Assembly: GCA_017622085.1 (NCBI GenBank)
Contig: JAGARU010000030.1
Span: 53,658-117,657 of the forward strand
Reading direction: 5' to 3'
Length of the DNA: 64,000 nucleotides
From: Clostridia bacterium
GTDB taxonomy: Bacteria; Bacillota; Clostridia; Oscillospirales; CAG-272
The first letter of the stretch is position 1, and each line of letters opens with the position of its first letter. The notes under the pieces were generated by a model, which was given only the letters and a program-made list of their open reading frames with translations, had not been told where the DNA came from and did no database searches. Of this stretch, positions 41,169-51,922 are shown piece by piece. Position numbers and translations under genes: made by a program.

Positions 41169-42953
41169 ATGATATTTGGAAAGCACATCAACCGCTATTA
41201 TGTGAAGTACGCACCGGCGCTTTTGCTGGGTCTCTTTGCACTGATCGTGGTTGATTATTTCCAGCTTAAGGTTCCTGAGCTTTATCAGATGGTCATCAAC
41301 GGAATGAATCAGGGCTACGTAGTGATCGACGGAGCTCCCGTCACCTTTGACGTGGATTTTCTCTTGGATCACATTTGTCTGCCGCTTATTATTACCATCC
41401 TGTTTTTGGTAATCGGCCGCTTCCTTTGGAGAATCTGCTTCTTCGGCTCGGCTATCCGGGTCGAGACGGACGTCCGTAACCGGATGTTTGACCACTGTAA
41501 GGATCTGTCCCGCGAGTACTATCAGGTCAACAAGGTGGGCACGCTCATGTCTTTGTTTACCAACGACCTTGAGACCGTGCAGGAGTGCTTCGGCTCCGGT
41601 GTGCTCATGTTCTTTGACGCTGCCGTTCTCGGCCTTATGGCCATTTATAAAATGTGGCGCATGGACGACGTCCTTACCTACTTCTCCCTGATCCCCATGA
41701 TCCTGCTCTTTGTGGTGGGAACCATTGTGGGCAAGGCGGAAATGAAGAAGTGGGAAACCCGTCAGGAGGCCTTCTCCGACCTGTCCGACTTCTCCCAGGA
41801 GAGCTTTTCCGGTATTGCCGTGATCAAGGCCTTCGTCAAGGAGACAAAGGAGCTCCTTGCCTTCCGCAAGCTGAACAAAAAGAACGAAAAGGCAAACGTG
41901 GACTTTACCAAAATCTCCACGCTTCTTCACATCTTCGTTACCCTGTTTGTAGAGTCTGTTGTTTGCGTTATCCTCGGCTACGGCGGCTATCTGGTCTACT
42001 GTGACCGCTTCAATGCCGGCCAGCTGGTGGAGTTCATCGGCTACTTTACCTCCGTTGTATGGCCCATTATGGCCGTATCCCAGCTGATTGAAATGTCCTC
42101 CCGCGGCAAGGCCTCCGTTAAGCGAATCAGCGAGCTTCTGGATGCTAAGCAGGACGTAATCGACCGAGGCGAGGTCAAGGAATTGACCGATCCCAAGGGT
42201 AAGATCGAGTTCCGCAACCTGACCTTTACCTATCCCGACGGAGAAACTCCCGCCTTAACGAACGTTTCCTTTGTGATCGAGGCCGGCGAGAGCGTGGGCG
42301 TAGTCGGCAAGACCGGCTCCGGTAAAACCACCGTCGTAGACCTGATGCTCCGTATGTATAACGTGGAGCGCGGTATGCTCTTTGTGGACGGGGAGGACGT
42401 AAACGACCTTTCCATCCGCTCCGTGCGCGCTTCCATGGCCTACGTGCCTCAGGATAACTTCCTGTTTAGCGATACCATTGAAAATAACATCGGCTTCAGC
42501 GGCCGCAACATCACTCCCGAGCGCATTGAGGCCGCCGCCAAGTATTCCGACGTACATAAGGACATCACCGAGTTCCGCGACGGCTACAAAACCGTCCTCG
42601 GCGAGCGCGGCGTTACCGTTTCCGGCGGACAAAAGCAGAGAATTTCCATTGCCCGCGCCCTCTTAAAGGACGCCCCCGTTCTGATCTTGGACGACTCGGT
42701 CTCCGCCGTAGATACCAAAACGGAAAAATCCATTCTCGAAAACCTGCATAATACCCGCCAGGGTAAAACAACCGTTCTCATCGCACACCGTATCTCCACC
42801 ATTGAAAAGATGGATAAGATCATCTTTGTGGAGGACGGCACCGTCTCCGCCGTCGGTAAGCACGAGGAGCTGTACGCTTCCTCCGCGGAATACCGCCGCA
42901 TGGTAGACCTGCAAAAGCTGGAGGACGAAGGGGAGGTGGAAGCCCATGCGTGA
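41169..42953 (+). CDS. Heterodimeric ABC exporter subunit (YheI/BmrC-like)
   Basis: GKTGSGKTT, VSGGQ, ILDDS. Confidence 0.92.
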   Translation: MIFGKHINRYYVKYAPALLLGLFALIVVDYFQLKVPELYQMVINGMNQGYVVIDGAPVTFDVDFLLDHICLPLIITILFLVIGRFLWRICFFGSAIRVETDVRNRMFDHCKDLSREYYQVNKVGTLMSLFTNDLETVQECFGSGVLMFFDAAVLGLMAIYKMWRMDDVLTYFSLIPMILLFVVGTIVGKAEMKKWETRQEAFSDLSDFSQESFSGIAVIKAFVKETKELLAFRKLNKKNEKANVDFTKISTLLHIFVTLFVESVVCVILGYGGYLVYCDRFNAGQLVEFIGYFTSVVWPIMAVSQLIEMSSRGKASVKRISELLDAKQDVIDRGEVKELTDPKGKIEFRNLTFTYPDGETPALTNVSFVIEAGESVGVVGKTGSGKTTVVDLMLRMYNVERGMLFVDGEDVNDLSIRSVRASMAYVPQDNFLFSDTIENNIGFSGRNITPERIEAAAKYSDVHKDITEFRDGYKTVLGERGVTVSGGQKQRISIARALLKDAPVLILDDSVSAVDTKTEKSILENLHNTRQGKTTVLIAHRISTIEKMDKIIFVEDGTVSAVGKHEELYASSAEYRRMVDLQKLEDEGEVEAHA

Positions 42954-44835
42954 GTATTATCCTCTTTTGATCGTAGGTGCCGCTCTCGGCATCATCTCCA
43001 TTGCCTTCATCGTGGCCTACGCCACCATGAAAAATAAAAAGGAAGCCATCGGCTTCGACCGTAACATGAAGGACGGTGAGATCGTTCGCCGCCTGCTGGT
43101 TTACGCCAAGCCATACTGGACAAATTTCCTGCTGGTGGGCCTTGTTATGCTGTTCTCCATCGCATACGACATCATCGCCCCCCTCATCACCGGCGAGATC
43201 GTAAAAATGGTCAAGGCAGACTTCGAGCTTAGCCGCCTCTTTACGCTGATCGGTATTTATGCCTCCATTCTGATCGTCTCCATGATCTGCTCCTACGTTC
43301 AGGCCATCATCCTGCAAAAGACGGGTCAAAAGATCCTTTCCCGCATCCGCGAGGACGTCTTTACCCACATTGAGAGCCTGTCCCACGAGCAGCTGAATCT
43401 GATGCCCGTCGGCAAGCTGGTCACCCGTGTAACCAACGATACCAACGCCATCTCCATGATGTTTACCAACATCATCGTCAATCTGGTCAAAAACATGTTC
43501 ATCATTTTGGGCGTTTTGACTGCGATGCTGTGCGTAAACTATCAGCTCACCTTGATGGTGCTTTGCTTCGTTCCCTTCATCATTCTCTTCACTCTGATCT
43601 TCCGTAAGTTCTCCCGCCGGGCTTACCGCCGCGTAAAGGACGGTACGACGGATATCAACACCTACCTCTCCGAGAACCTTTCCGGTATCAAGATCACCCA
43701 GATCTTCAACCGGGAGCAGCAAAAGCTGGACGAGTTCGAGGCGAAAAATCAAGCCCTCGGCCGCGCTAAGCACCAGCAGATCTTCGTGTTCGGTATCTTC
43801 CGTCCCTTGGTGTATATGCTGTACATTTCCTCCGTCCTGTGCTTGCTTTACATGGGCGGTAAGGGATACATCGATAACGTGTCCTTCCTCGGCCAGACCT
43901 TAGCCAGCGAGACCATCGTTACCTTCTATTCCTACATCTCCAAGTTCTTCAACCCCATTCAGAACCTGGCCGAGCAGTTCAACTGGCTCCAGTCCGCCTT
44001 CGCCTCCGCTGAGAAGATCTTTACCATTCTCGACATTGAGCCCAAGGTGGTGGACGAGCCCGACGCCATTGAGCTGGATGAGGTCAAGGGAGATATCGAG
44101 TTCCGCGACGTATGGTTCTCCTACGTGCCCGACGAGTGGGTGCTGAAGGGTGTTTCCTTCCGGGTCAACGCCAAGGAAACCGTCGCCTTCGTCGGCTCCA
44201 CCGGCTCCGGCAAGTCCACGATCCTGTCGCTGATCTGCCGCAATTACGACATCCAGAAGGGTCAGATCTTAATCGACGGCATTGATATCCGCAAGATCAA
44301 GATCTCCTCTCTCCGCCGCCACTTCGGCCAGATGCTGCAGGATGTATTCCTGTTCTCGGGAACCATCCGCAGTAACATCGTCCTCCGGGAGGAGGACATC
44401 TCCGATGAGGAGATCATGGAGGCCTGCCGCTACGTAAACGCCGACTCCTTCATCTGTAAGACGGAAAATGGCCTGGACGAGATCGTGCGGGAGCGGGGTA
44501 ACAACTTCTCCGCCGGCCAGCGCCAGCTCCTCTCCTTCGCCCGCACCATCATTCATAAGCCCGAGGTCATGATCCTCGACGAGGCCACCGCCAACATCGA
44601 TACGGAAACGGAGCTTCTGATTCAGGATTCCCTTGAAAAGATGATGAACATCGGCACCATGCTCATCGTAGCCCACCGCCTGTCCACCATCCAGCACGCG
44701 GATAACATCATCGTGCTCTCCCAGGGCAAGATTCTGGAGCAGGGCAACCACCACGAGCTCCTTCAGAAAAAGGGTCGTTACTATCAGCTGTATACCCTTC
44801 AGTACCATAAGGAACAGCTCAAGGCCAACGCTTAA
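42946..44835 (+). CDS. Heterodimeric ABC exporter subunit (YheH/BmrD-like)
   Basis: GSTGSGKST, FSAGQ, LDEATAN, AHR. Confidence 0.92.
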   Translation: MREYYPLLIVGAALGIISIAFIVAYATMKNKKEAIGFDRNMKDGEIVRRLLVYAKPYWTNFLLVGLVMLFSIAYDIIAPLITGEIVKMVKADFELSRLFTLIGIYASILIVSMICSYVQAIILQKTGQKILSRIREDVFTHIESLSHEQLNLMPVGKLVTRVTNDTNAISMMFTNIIVNLVKNMFIILGVLTAMLCVNYQLTLMVLCFVPFIILFTLIFRKFSRRAYRRVKDGTTDINTYLSENLSGIKITQIFNREQQKLDEFEAKNQALGRAKHQQIFVFGIFRPLVYMLYISSVLCLLYMGGKGYIDNVSFLGQTLASETIVTFYSYISKFFNPIQNLAEQFNWLQSAFASAEKIFTILDIEPKVVDEPDAIELDEVKGDIEFRDVWFSYVPDEWVLKGVSFRVNAKETVAFVGSTGSGKSTILSLICRNYDIQKGQILIDGIDIRKIKISSLRRHFGQMLQDVFLFSGTIRSNIVLREEDISDEEIMEACRYVNADSFICKTENGLDEIVRERGNNFSAGQRQLLSFARTIIHKPEVMILDEATANIDTETELLIQDSLEKMMNIGTMLIVAHRLSTIQHADNIIVLSQGKILEQGNHHELLQKKGRYYQLYTLQYHKEQLKANA

Positions 44836-44943
44836 ACACAAAAACCGACGGATTTTTCCCGATCCGTCGGTTTTCTCTTGCAATTAAGGGGAAAAAGCTC
44901 TATAATAGAGGGGAAAAGAAGTATGAGAGGAGCAGAAAACACA

Positions 44944-46224
44944 ATGTCCTTGCCCGTCGAAACCGCAAAAACCTACGTGCAGATCTTAAAGGAGGAGCTT
45001 TTGGCCGCCATGGGCTGTACCGAGCCCATTGCCATTGCCTATGCCGCCTCCGTTTTGCGTACCACCCTCGCCTGTGAGCCTACTCGCATTGAGGCCGGCC
45101 TCAGCGGAAATATTATAAAAAACGTAAAAAGCGTCATCGTGCCCGCCACCGGTGGCCAGCACGGCATTGAGGCGGCCATTGCCGCCGGCGTGGTAGCCAA
45201 TCGCCCGGACAAGCGGTTGGAGGTGCTTACCACCTTAAGGGAGGAGGACGTACCGAAGATCGCCGCCTTCCGGGAGCGTTGCCCCATTACAGTCTCAGGC
45301 CTTGATACCACCTGCTCGTTTGATTTGATCCTCCGGGGCTACGGCGAGACGGGAGAGGCCTGCGTCCACATCCGTAACTACCATACCAACGTCATTTTGG
45401 TGGAAAAGAACGGCGAGGACCGCACCGCCGATTATTGGGAGAAGAACGAGGGCTCCAAATACATCCGTAGCAACCGTTCCCTTTTGAACGTAAAGGATAT
45501 CGTTACCTTTGCCGATGAGGTGGACCTTTCCGAGGTCCGGGAGCTTCTTACCAGCCAGCTTCGGATGAATCTGGCCATTGCTGAGGAGGGCCTCAGCGGA
45601 AAATACGGTGCCAACATCGGTAAGATCCTGTACCGGGGCGGGGAAGCCAGCCTGAAGGATCGCGCCCGCGCCTATGCGGCCGCCGGCTCCGACGCCCGTA
45701 TGAGCGGATGCGAGCTCCCCGTGTGCATTCTGTCCGGTAGCGGCAACCAAGGCATCACCGCTTCTGTGCCCGTGGCCGTTTACGCCAAGGAAATGGGCGC
45801 AAGCGAGGACGAAATGCTCCGCGCCCTGTTGGTATCCGACCTGATCACCATTCATCAAAAGGAGGAGATCGGCTGTCTGTCTGCCTATTGCGGTGCCATC
45901 AGCGCCGGCTGTGCCGCCGGATGCGGCATCACGTATCTGAAGGGCGGCCGCTATTACGAGATCGCCCACGCGCTGGTCAATTCCGTGGCCATCCTCTCCG
46001 GTACCGTATGTGACGGCGCCAAGGCCTCCTGTGCCGCCAAGATCGCCATGGCCGTAGAGGCCGGCATCATGGGCTACGAAATGATGCAAGCCGGCAGCCA
46101 GTTTTACGGTGGCGACGGTATCATCACCAAAGGCGTGGAAAACACCCTCCGCAACATCGGCAAGCTGGCCCGCAACGGCATGGGCGAAACGGATAAAGAA
46201 ATCATCCGCATCATGCTGGAATAA
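44944..46224 (+). CDS. UPF0597/YhaM (serine dehydratase alpha-like) putative L-cysteine desulfidase
   Basis: GCTEP, SDARMSGC..PV...SGSGNQG, LSAYCG and CDGAK.SCA.K motifs. Confidence 0.88.
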   Translation: MSLPVETAKTYVQILKEELLAAMGCTEPIAIAYAASVLRTTLACEPTRIEAGLSGNIIKNVKSVIVPATGGQHGIEAAIAAGVVANRPDKRLEVLTTLREEDVPKIAAFRERCPITVSGLDTTCSFDLILRGYGETGEACVHIRNYHTNVILVEKNGEDRTADYWEKNEGSKYIRSNRSLLNVKDIVTFADEVDLSEVRELLTSQLRMNLAIAEEGLSGKYGANIGKILYRGGEASLKDRARAYAAAGSDARMSGCELPVCILSGSGNQGITASVPVAVYAKEMGASEDEMLRALLVSDLITIHQKEEIGCLSAYCGAISAGCAAGCGITYLKGGRYYEIAHALVNSVAILSGTVCDGAKASCAAKIAMAVEAGIMGYEMMQAGSQFYGGDGIITKGVENTLRNIGKLARNGMGETDKEIIRIMLE

Positions 46225-46230
46225 CCGAAC

Positions 46231-46267
46231 AAAAAGCAACAGCCTTTTCAGGCTGTTGCTTTTTTTA
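46231..46267. terminator. Bidirectional terminator
   Basis: AAAAAGCAACAGCC-TTTTCA-GGCTGTTGCTTTTTTT. Confidence 0.85.
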
Positions 46268-46276
46268 TCTATAAAA

Positions 46277-46810
46277 CTACTTTTTCGGAACGATCAGGCC
46301 GTAGCCGCCGTCGGCGCGGTTGTATACCACGCAGGTCTCCTCGGTGTGAGAATCCTTGAACACGAAGAACTGGTGACCCAGCAGATTCATCTGCAGGATC
46401 GCCTCCTCGGTGGACAGGGGCTTGATGTCAAATTCCTTTACACGGATCATATCAAAGGTCGTTTCTTCCTCTACGTCGGAGGCGGCATACTCGAAGTTTT
46501 CCGGGACGAAGGCTCCCTCTCTCAGTCGGCGCTCCAGGCGGGTCTTGTTCTTGCGGATCTGCCGCTCGATGGAGTCCATGCACTGGTCCAGGGCACAGTT
46601 AAAGGTTACGTCCTTTTTCTCACTGCGGAAAATGGTGCCGCTGCTTAAGATGGTGATCTCAAGACACTCTTTGTTCTTTTGACGGCTGAACGTAACGGTC
46701 GCCGAGGTGTTGTCGGCGAAGAATCGGTCAAACTTGGCAAGCTTCTTCTCGACCAGCTCTTTCAGATCGTTTCTGACGTTCATTTGTCTTCCGACGATTG
46801 TTAATTTCAT
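46277..46810 (-). CDS. hpf: Ribosome hibernation promoting factor (long HPF)
   Basis: IERQIRKNKT; EEAILQMNLLGHQFFVF...VVY.R.DGGYGLI. Confidence 0.95.
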   Translation of the reverse strand: MKLTIVGRQMNVRNDLKELVEKKLAKFDRFFADNTSATVTFSRQKNKECLEITILSSGTIFRSEKKDVTFNCALDQCMDSIERQIRKNKTRLERRLREGAFVPENFEYAASDVEEETTFDMIRVKEFDIKPLSTEEAILQMNLLGHQFFVFKDSHTEETCVVYNRADGGYGLIVPKK

Positions 46811-46941
46811 AATTGCACCACCTTTTTGAGTATTTACAAGAGGGGGAATTCCTCCCTTGCAATACCATTATAGCACAGGTTTATGAAAAAATATATAGTT
46901 TTTCGGAAATTTTTTCAAAAATTTTGTGTAAAATGCAAACA

Positions 46942-49038
46942 TCAGAACCGGAACACCGCGCGTCCGTCCTCCAAAGCCAGCATAGCGTCAAAGGATTTGC
47001 CGTTTTTGGAGATAAATCCCTGGATTTTGGAGGTCACTCCGTTGGTCAGCAAAAGGCGCATATTGGCGGGGGAAATGATGCGGGAGCAGATCACTTGATT
47101 GACGCTGAACTTGCAGCCCTTTTCCCGGAAGTTGGAGCATCCGTAGCCGAATTTGGTGCGCACAACGGTGCCTCCGCACAGGGGACAGGTGCCCACCGCT
47201 TCTCCAAAGTATCCGATGTCCGTGTCCGTTTCCGGCGGAGCTTCCCTCGGGCGGAACACCTCCCGGATCTCGTTTGCCGCCATGGCCACGCTCTCGTTTA
47301 CCGTAATTTCGCCGCGGAATACCTTCTTCAAGGCGCGACCCATTTCGGAGGTCTTGTACTTATCCATGCTGATCTGCATACGGGACAGCGACTCGATCAG
47401 GTATTTTCCGCCGGGGAGCAGGTGATATACGTCCTTTTTCAAGGCAATGTAGTTGCTCTTGCAGGCGTTGTCGATGATGCCCGTGCGGGTGGCCTCCGTG
47501 CCCAGCTCCAAGCCCTCGAAGATGGCGCGGTACTCCTCGTCGTCGTTCTCGCTCTCGGCGGCCTTGTCCTCGCGGAAGGGATTTTTCAGATAATTGTTCA
47601 AGGTCTCAATGGTGTAGTGCTTGGGCGGCGAGGTCTCTTTTTCCACCGGTACAAAGTTTACCTCCACCCGGTCGCCTTTCACGAGCTTGGGCAGGATCTT
47701 GTCCTTTTGGGTAAAGTCGTCGTACTTGGTCCAGCCCGGCTCCAGAATGACGGAGCCCTTCAGGGTAAAGTCCTCAAAGCCATTGGAAATTTTGATCTCC
47801 GACTTGGCCGCCACACAGTCCTCGGAGCAGAACACCGCCACAAACCGACGGAAAATGGCGGAGTAGACCTGCTTTTCCCGATCGGTCAGATGGTTGGGGT
47901 TGGGAATCTTGTAGGTGGGGGTCAGAGCCGAGTGGGACTCGATCTTGGCATCGTCAAAGATGGTCTTTTTGTTCTTGAACTCCACAGGGTAGTTCATCTT
48001 TTTCACGTTTGCAAGGATGGCCTTTACCTTATCCTGCTCTGCCGTGGCAAGATACTCGGAGTTGGTACGGGGATAGGTCACAAAGCCGTCCTCATACAGC
48101 TTTTGCACCGTGGAGAGGCTGTCGTCCATGGACATTTTATACTTTTTACCAAGGAAATTTTGCAGCTTGGACAGGGAAAAGAGCTTTCCGGGGGCAAGGG
48201 TCTCCTTTTTGCTCTTAACGGAGGTAACCACCGTATCCGCACCGTTGTACTTGGCGCAAAGCGCCCGGGCGGCCTCGATCTGATCCTTGTTGAATTTCTG
48301 CTTGGAGCTCAGCTCGATCTTCTCGCCCTTGGTCTCCGCCGAGGAGGCAATGGCGTAGTATTTTTCCGGCACAAAGTGCTCAATGGACATATCCCGGTCG
48401 TAGATGGCCTTGACGATGGGCACGATCACGCGACCCACGCGGAGAAGCGAACCGGAGCGCAGAGTTGCATATCGGGTCAGATTCACTCCGTACAGCCAGT
48501 CAATGTAGGTTCGGGCAAAGCCCTCGTTTGCCAAATTGTCGTACTCGGCCTCGTCCTTCATCTCGGCAAAGGCCTTCTGAATGGTCTCCGGGGTCTGGTC
48601 GGGCATCCAAAGGCGGGTCAGCCGCTTTTTGCCCGTCAGCGCGTGGGAGATACAAAGCCGCACGATGATCTCACCCTCCCGGTCGGAGTCTCCTGCGTTT
48701 ACAATGGTGTCCACGTCCGGACGGTTGCACAGCGCCTTGATGGTCTCAAATTGCTTGATCACCCCGGCATCGGGCTTTTTGTCTGCCCCCTTGCGCAAAT
48801 TGAAGCGGAAGGTGGAGGGGAAGCAGGGAATGTTCTCAAGGGACCACCGTCCGGTGGAGGAGGGAGCATAGTCCTCAACGTCGCAGAGGGAAAACAGATG
48901 GCCAAAGGCCCACGTAACGATGTAGCTTCCACCCTCAAAGTATCCATCCCGACGGGAAAGCTTGACGGAGGCAAAGGACTGAATGCCCGCCACGATATTT
49001 CGTGCCAGACTGGGCTTTTCCGCAATGACAAGATACAT
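46942..49038 (-). CDS. topB: Type IA DNA topoisomerase III
   Basis: IAEKPS, GHL, D.DREGE, TYPRT, LGTEATR; C-terminal CPLC Zn-ribbon and Toprim C-repeat (GFISKNGKSFDA). Confidence 0.9.
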   Translation of the reverse strand: MYLVIAEKPSLARNIVAGIQSFASVKLSRRDGYFEGGSYIVTWAFGHLFSLCDVEDYAPSSTGRWSLENIPCFPSTFRFNLRKGADKKPDAGVIKQFETIKALCNRPDVDTIVNAGDSDREGEIIVRLCISHALTGKKRLTRLWMPDQTPETIQKAFAEMKDEAEYDNLANEGFARTYIDWLYGVNLTRYATLRSGSLLRVGRVIVPIVKAIYDRDMSIEHFVPEKYYAIASSAETKGEKIELSSKQKFNKDQIEAARALCAKYNGADTVVTSVKSKKETLAPGKLFSLSKLQNFLGKKYKMSMDDSLSTVQKLYEDGFVTYPRTNSEYLATAEQDKVKAILANVKKMNYPVEFKNKKTIFDDAKIESHSALTPTYKIPNPNHLTDREKQVYSAIFRRFVAVFCSEDCVAAKSEIKISNGFEDFTLKGSVILEPGWTKYDDFTQKDKILPKLVKGDRVEVNFVPVEKETSPPKHYTIETLNNYLKNPFREDKAAESENDDEEYRAIFEGLELGTEATRTGIIDNACKSNYIALKKDVYHLLPGGKYLIESLSRMQISMDKYKTSEMGRALKKVFRGEITVNESVAMAANEIREVFRPREAPPETDTDIGYFGEAVGTCPLCGGTVVRTKFGYGCSNFREKGCKFSVNQVICSRIISPANMRLLLTNGVTSKIQGFISKNGKSFDAMLALEDGRAVFRF

Positions 49039-49277
49039 GACAATCTCCTATCCTTTCAGTTTTCGCCCGCCTTTTTCAAAAGGCGGCGCGGGTTCAGGGC
49101 GCGGAGCCCCGAGAAACGGCATTTCTTTTTTTGCTAAGCTTTTTCTTTGTGCCTGTTGCATCAAAGAAAAAAGCGTCCTGCATATATTGTGCACAAATGG
49201 CAATGCCGCTTATAAAAAACACAATTCATTGTAAAGGCGGGAACCCGCCCTCACAATGAATTGCCATGGGTCATGAT

Positions 49278-50357
49278 TTAATCAAAGTAACCGAGACGGT
49301 AAAGGAGCTCGGCAATGAGCACCGCGCCGCCGGCCGCACCGCGAAGGGTGTTGTGGGAAAGACCCACAAACTTGTAGTCAAAGAGTGTGTCGGGACGAAG
49401 GCGACCAACCGTTACGCCCATACCGCCGTAAATGTCGCGGTCGAGCGCCGCCTGAGGACGGTTGTCTTCCTCAAAGTAGGTAATGAACTGCTCGGGTGCA
49501 TGGGGCAACTCAAGCAGCTGGGGCTTGCCGCGGAAGGCCGCCCACTCCGCGCGGATCTCCTGCTCGGTGGGAGTGCGCTCGAAGGAAACGAAGATGGCCG
49601 CAGTATGGCCGTCGGTCACGGGCACGCGGATGCACTGGGTGGTAATGAGGGGAGCGTCCGCCTTAACGATCTCGCCGTCCTCCACCTTACCCCAGATCTT
49701 CAGGGGCTCCTGCTCGCTCTTTTCTTCCTCGCCGCCGATGTAGGGGATCACGTTGTCGACCATCTCGGGCCATTCCTTAAAGGTCTTGCCCGCGCCGGAG
49801 ATGGCCTGGTAGGTGGTGGCAACCACCTGCTTGATGCCGAACTTGCGAAGGGGGGTCAGGGCAGGAACGTAGCTCTGGATGGAGCAGTTGGGCTTAACGG
49901 CAATAAAGCCGCGCTTGGTGCCCAGACGCTTACGCTGAGCGGCGATGACCTCCAGATGGTCGTCGTTGATCTCCGGAATCACCATGGGAACGTCGGGGGT
50001 CCAACGGTGTGCGGAGTTGTTGGATACAACGGGGATCTCGGCCTTGGCATACGCCTCCTCAAGAGCCTTGATCTCGTCTTTCTTCATGTCAACGGCGCAG
50101 AACACGAACTGAACGAGCTCTGCCATTTTATCAATTTCCGCTGCATCGATCACCGTCATAGCGGCAATGGCCTCGGGGATGGGAGTCTTCATCTTCCAGC
50201 GTCCGTCCACAGCCTCGGCGTAGGTACGACCGGCCGAGCGCTTGCTGGCCGCCAGCGCCGTAATCTCAAAGTAAGGATGATCTGCAAGCAGGGTAATGAA
50301 TCTCTGGCCAACCATACCGGTAGCGCCAACGATTCCGACTTTCATTTTTTCTCTCAT
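49278..50357 (-). CDS. asd: Aspartate-semialdehyde dehydrogenase
   Basis: GATGMVGQRF, KPNCS, CIRVPVTDGH, HNTLRGAAG. Confidence 0.97.
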   Translation of the reverse strand: MREKMKVGIVGATGMVGQRFITLLADHPYFEITALAASKRSAGRTYAEAVDGRWKMKTPIPEAIAAMTVIDAAEIDKMAELVQFVFCAVDMKKDEIKALEEAYAKAEIPVVSNNSAHRWTPDVPMVIPEINDDHLEVIAAQRKRLGTKRGFIAVKPNCSIQSYVPALTPLRKFGIKQVVATTYQAISGAGKTFKEWPEMVDNVIPYIGGEEEKSEQEPLKIWGKVEDGEIVKADAPLITTQCIRVPVTDGHTAAIFVSFERTPTEQEIRAEWAAFRGKPQLLELPHAPEQFITYFEEDNRPQAALDRDIYGGMGVTVGRLRPDTLFDYKFVGLSHNTLRGAAGGAVLIAELLYRLGYFD

Positions 50358-50603
50358 AATATATGACCGCCTTTGGTATAAGAATTTACTCATATAATGT
50401 AGTATTTTAGCACAAAACTCTCCGTCTGTCAATGGCAAATTGCAAAATAGGTCGCCATATAATTTGGGCAAAACGCACAAAGCCTCAATGGGACCTTTGC
50501 CGGTCATGCGAGGGCTGTGCCGGAGAATTTTCGGTACGCACGCAGGAAGTGACGCGGAAGCTTTTATTTCGCTTCAGTTCATAATATGTTTTCGTTTGCT
50601 TCC

Positions 50604-50632
50604 TTGACAGGGGCAATTTTTTAAGCTATAAT
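50604..50632 (+). promoter_or_regulatory. Sigma-A promoter of the HI0933-cmk-plsC-ispH/rpsA operon
   Basis: TTGACA N17 TATAAT. Confidence 0.8.
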
Positions 50633-50667
50633 AAAGTGGGTATTTTTTGGGAAACGGAGGATCTCCT

Positions 50668-51906
50668 ATGCGTAAGATTGGTATTATCGGCGCCGGTGCG
50701 GCCGGCCTTATGGCGGCTTCCTGGGCGGCTCTTTACGGTGCGGAGGTCACTCTGTTTGAGAAAAACGACCGCCCCGGCAAAAAGCTCCGCATCACGGGCA
50801 AGGGACGCTGCAACGTAACCAACGCCTGCGACGTGCCGGAGTTTATGAAAAACGTAGTTGCCAACCCCAAGTTCCTCTACGCGGCTCTCAGCGGCTTTAC
50901 CCCAGAGGATACCGTCAAGTTCTTTGAGGAGCGCGGCGTTCCCCTCAAGGTGGAGCGTGGTCGACGGGTCTTTCCCGTGTCCGATAAGGCGGACGATATC
51001 GTGCGCGCCCTTTGGAGCTCTGCCTTAGAGCTTGGCTGTGTGATCCGCACGGAAAAGGTCAAGGAGATTTTACGTGAGGATGGCCGTGTGACCGGCCTAC
51101 GCACGGGCAGGGGAGACTATTCCTTTGATGCCGTGATCCTTTGCACCGGCGGCAATTCCTATCAGTCCACCGGCTCCGACGGCGACGGCTACCGCTTTGC
51201 CCGCAGTCTCGGCATCCGGGTCACCCCTCTGATCCCCTCTCTTGTCCCCATGGTCACAGAGGAGGATACTGCTCCCTTGATGGGCCTTTCCTTAAAGAAC
51301 GTCTCCCTCAAGGTAAAGCACCGAGAAAGTGGAAAGACCGTGTTCATGGAGCAGGGTGAAATGCTCTTCACTCACTTCGGCGTCAGCGGCCCCATGGTGC
51401 TCAGCGCCTCCGCCCACATTCATGACATCATTCCCGGTCGGTACGGGATCGCCGTGGATCTGAAGCCCGCCCTCAGCGAGGCCGAGCTGGATCGACGGAT
51501 CCTCTCCGACTTTGAAAAGTATAAAAACAAGGACTTTATTAACGCCTTGGGCGACCTGCTTCCTCAAAAGCTGATCCCCTATATCGTAGCCCGTTCCGGC
51601 ATCCCGGAGCGCGGAAAGGTCAACGAAATCACCAAAGAACAGCGTCATGGCTTGGTTGCTTTGATGAAGGGACTTACCTTCACCCTGAAGGGCCTCCGTC
51701 CCATTGACGAGGCCATTGTCACCTCCGGCGGCATCGCCGTCAGCGAGGTCAACCCCTCCACCATGGAGTCTAAAACGGTCAAGGATCTCTACTTTGCCGG
51801 CGAGGTTCTGGACGTGGACGCCTATACCGGTGGCTACAATCTGCAAATTGCCTTTTCCACCGGCGTTCTGGCCGCCCAGCATGCGGCCATGGAAGAATAT
51901 GACTGA
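50668..51906 (+). CDS. HI0933/YhiN family flavoprotein (NAD(P)/FAD oxidoreductase)
   Basis: IIGAGAAG, TGKGRCNVTN, LFTHFGVSGP, TGGYNLQIA. Confidence 0.93.
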   Translation: MRKIGIIGAGAAGLMAASWAALYGAEVTLFEKNDRPGKKLRITGKGRCNVTNACDVPEFMKNVVANPKFLYAALSGFTPEDTVKFFEERGVPLKVERGRRVFPVSDKADDIVRALWSSALELGCVIRTEKVKEILREDGRVTGLRTGRGDYSFDAVILCTGGNSYQSTGSDGDGYRFARSLGIRVTPLIPSLVPMVTEEDTAPLMGLSLKNVSLKVKHRESGKTVFMEQGEMLFTHFGVSGPMVLSASAHIHDIIPGRYGIAVDLKPALSEAELDRRILSDFEKYKNKDFINALGDLLPQKLIPYIVARSGIPERGKVNEITKEQRHGLVALMKGLTFTLKGLRPIDEAIVTSGGIAVSEVNPSTMESKTVKDLYFAGEVLDVDAYTGGYNLQIAFSTGVLAAQHAAMEEYD

Positions 51907-51922
51907 GAAAATGGAGATAATT

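Noticed and set aside
46813-50366. 774-aa and 366-aa plus-strand ORFs
   Set aside because: Antisense to topB and asd; no independent coding signal.
50360-50600. Lysine riboswitch upstream of asd
   Set aside because: No recognisable L-box motifs or terminator, and a TTGACA box lies close to the start codon.
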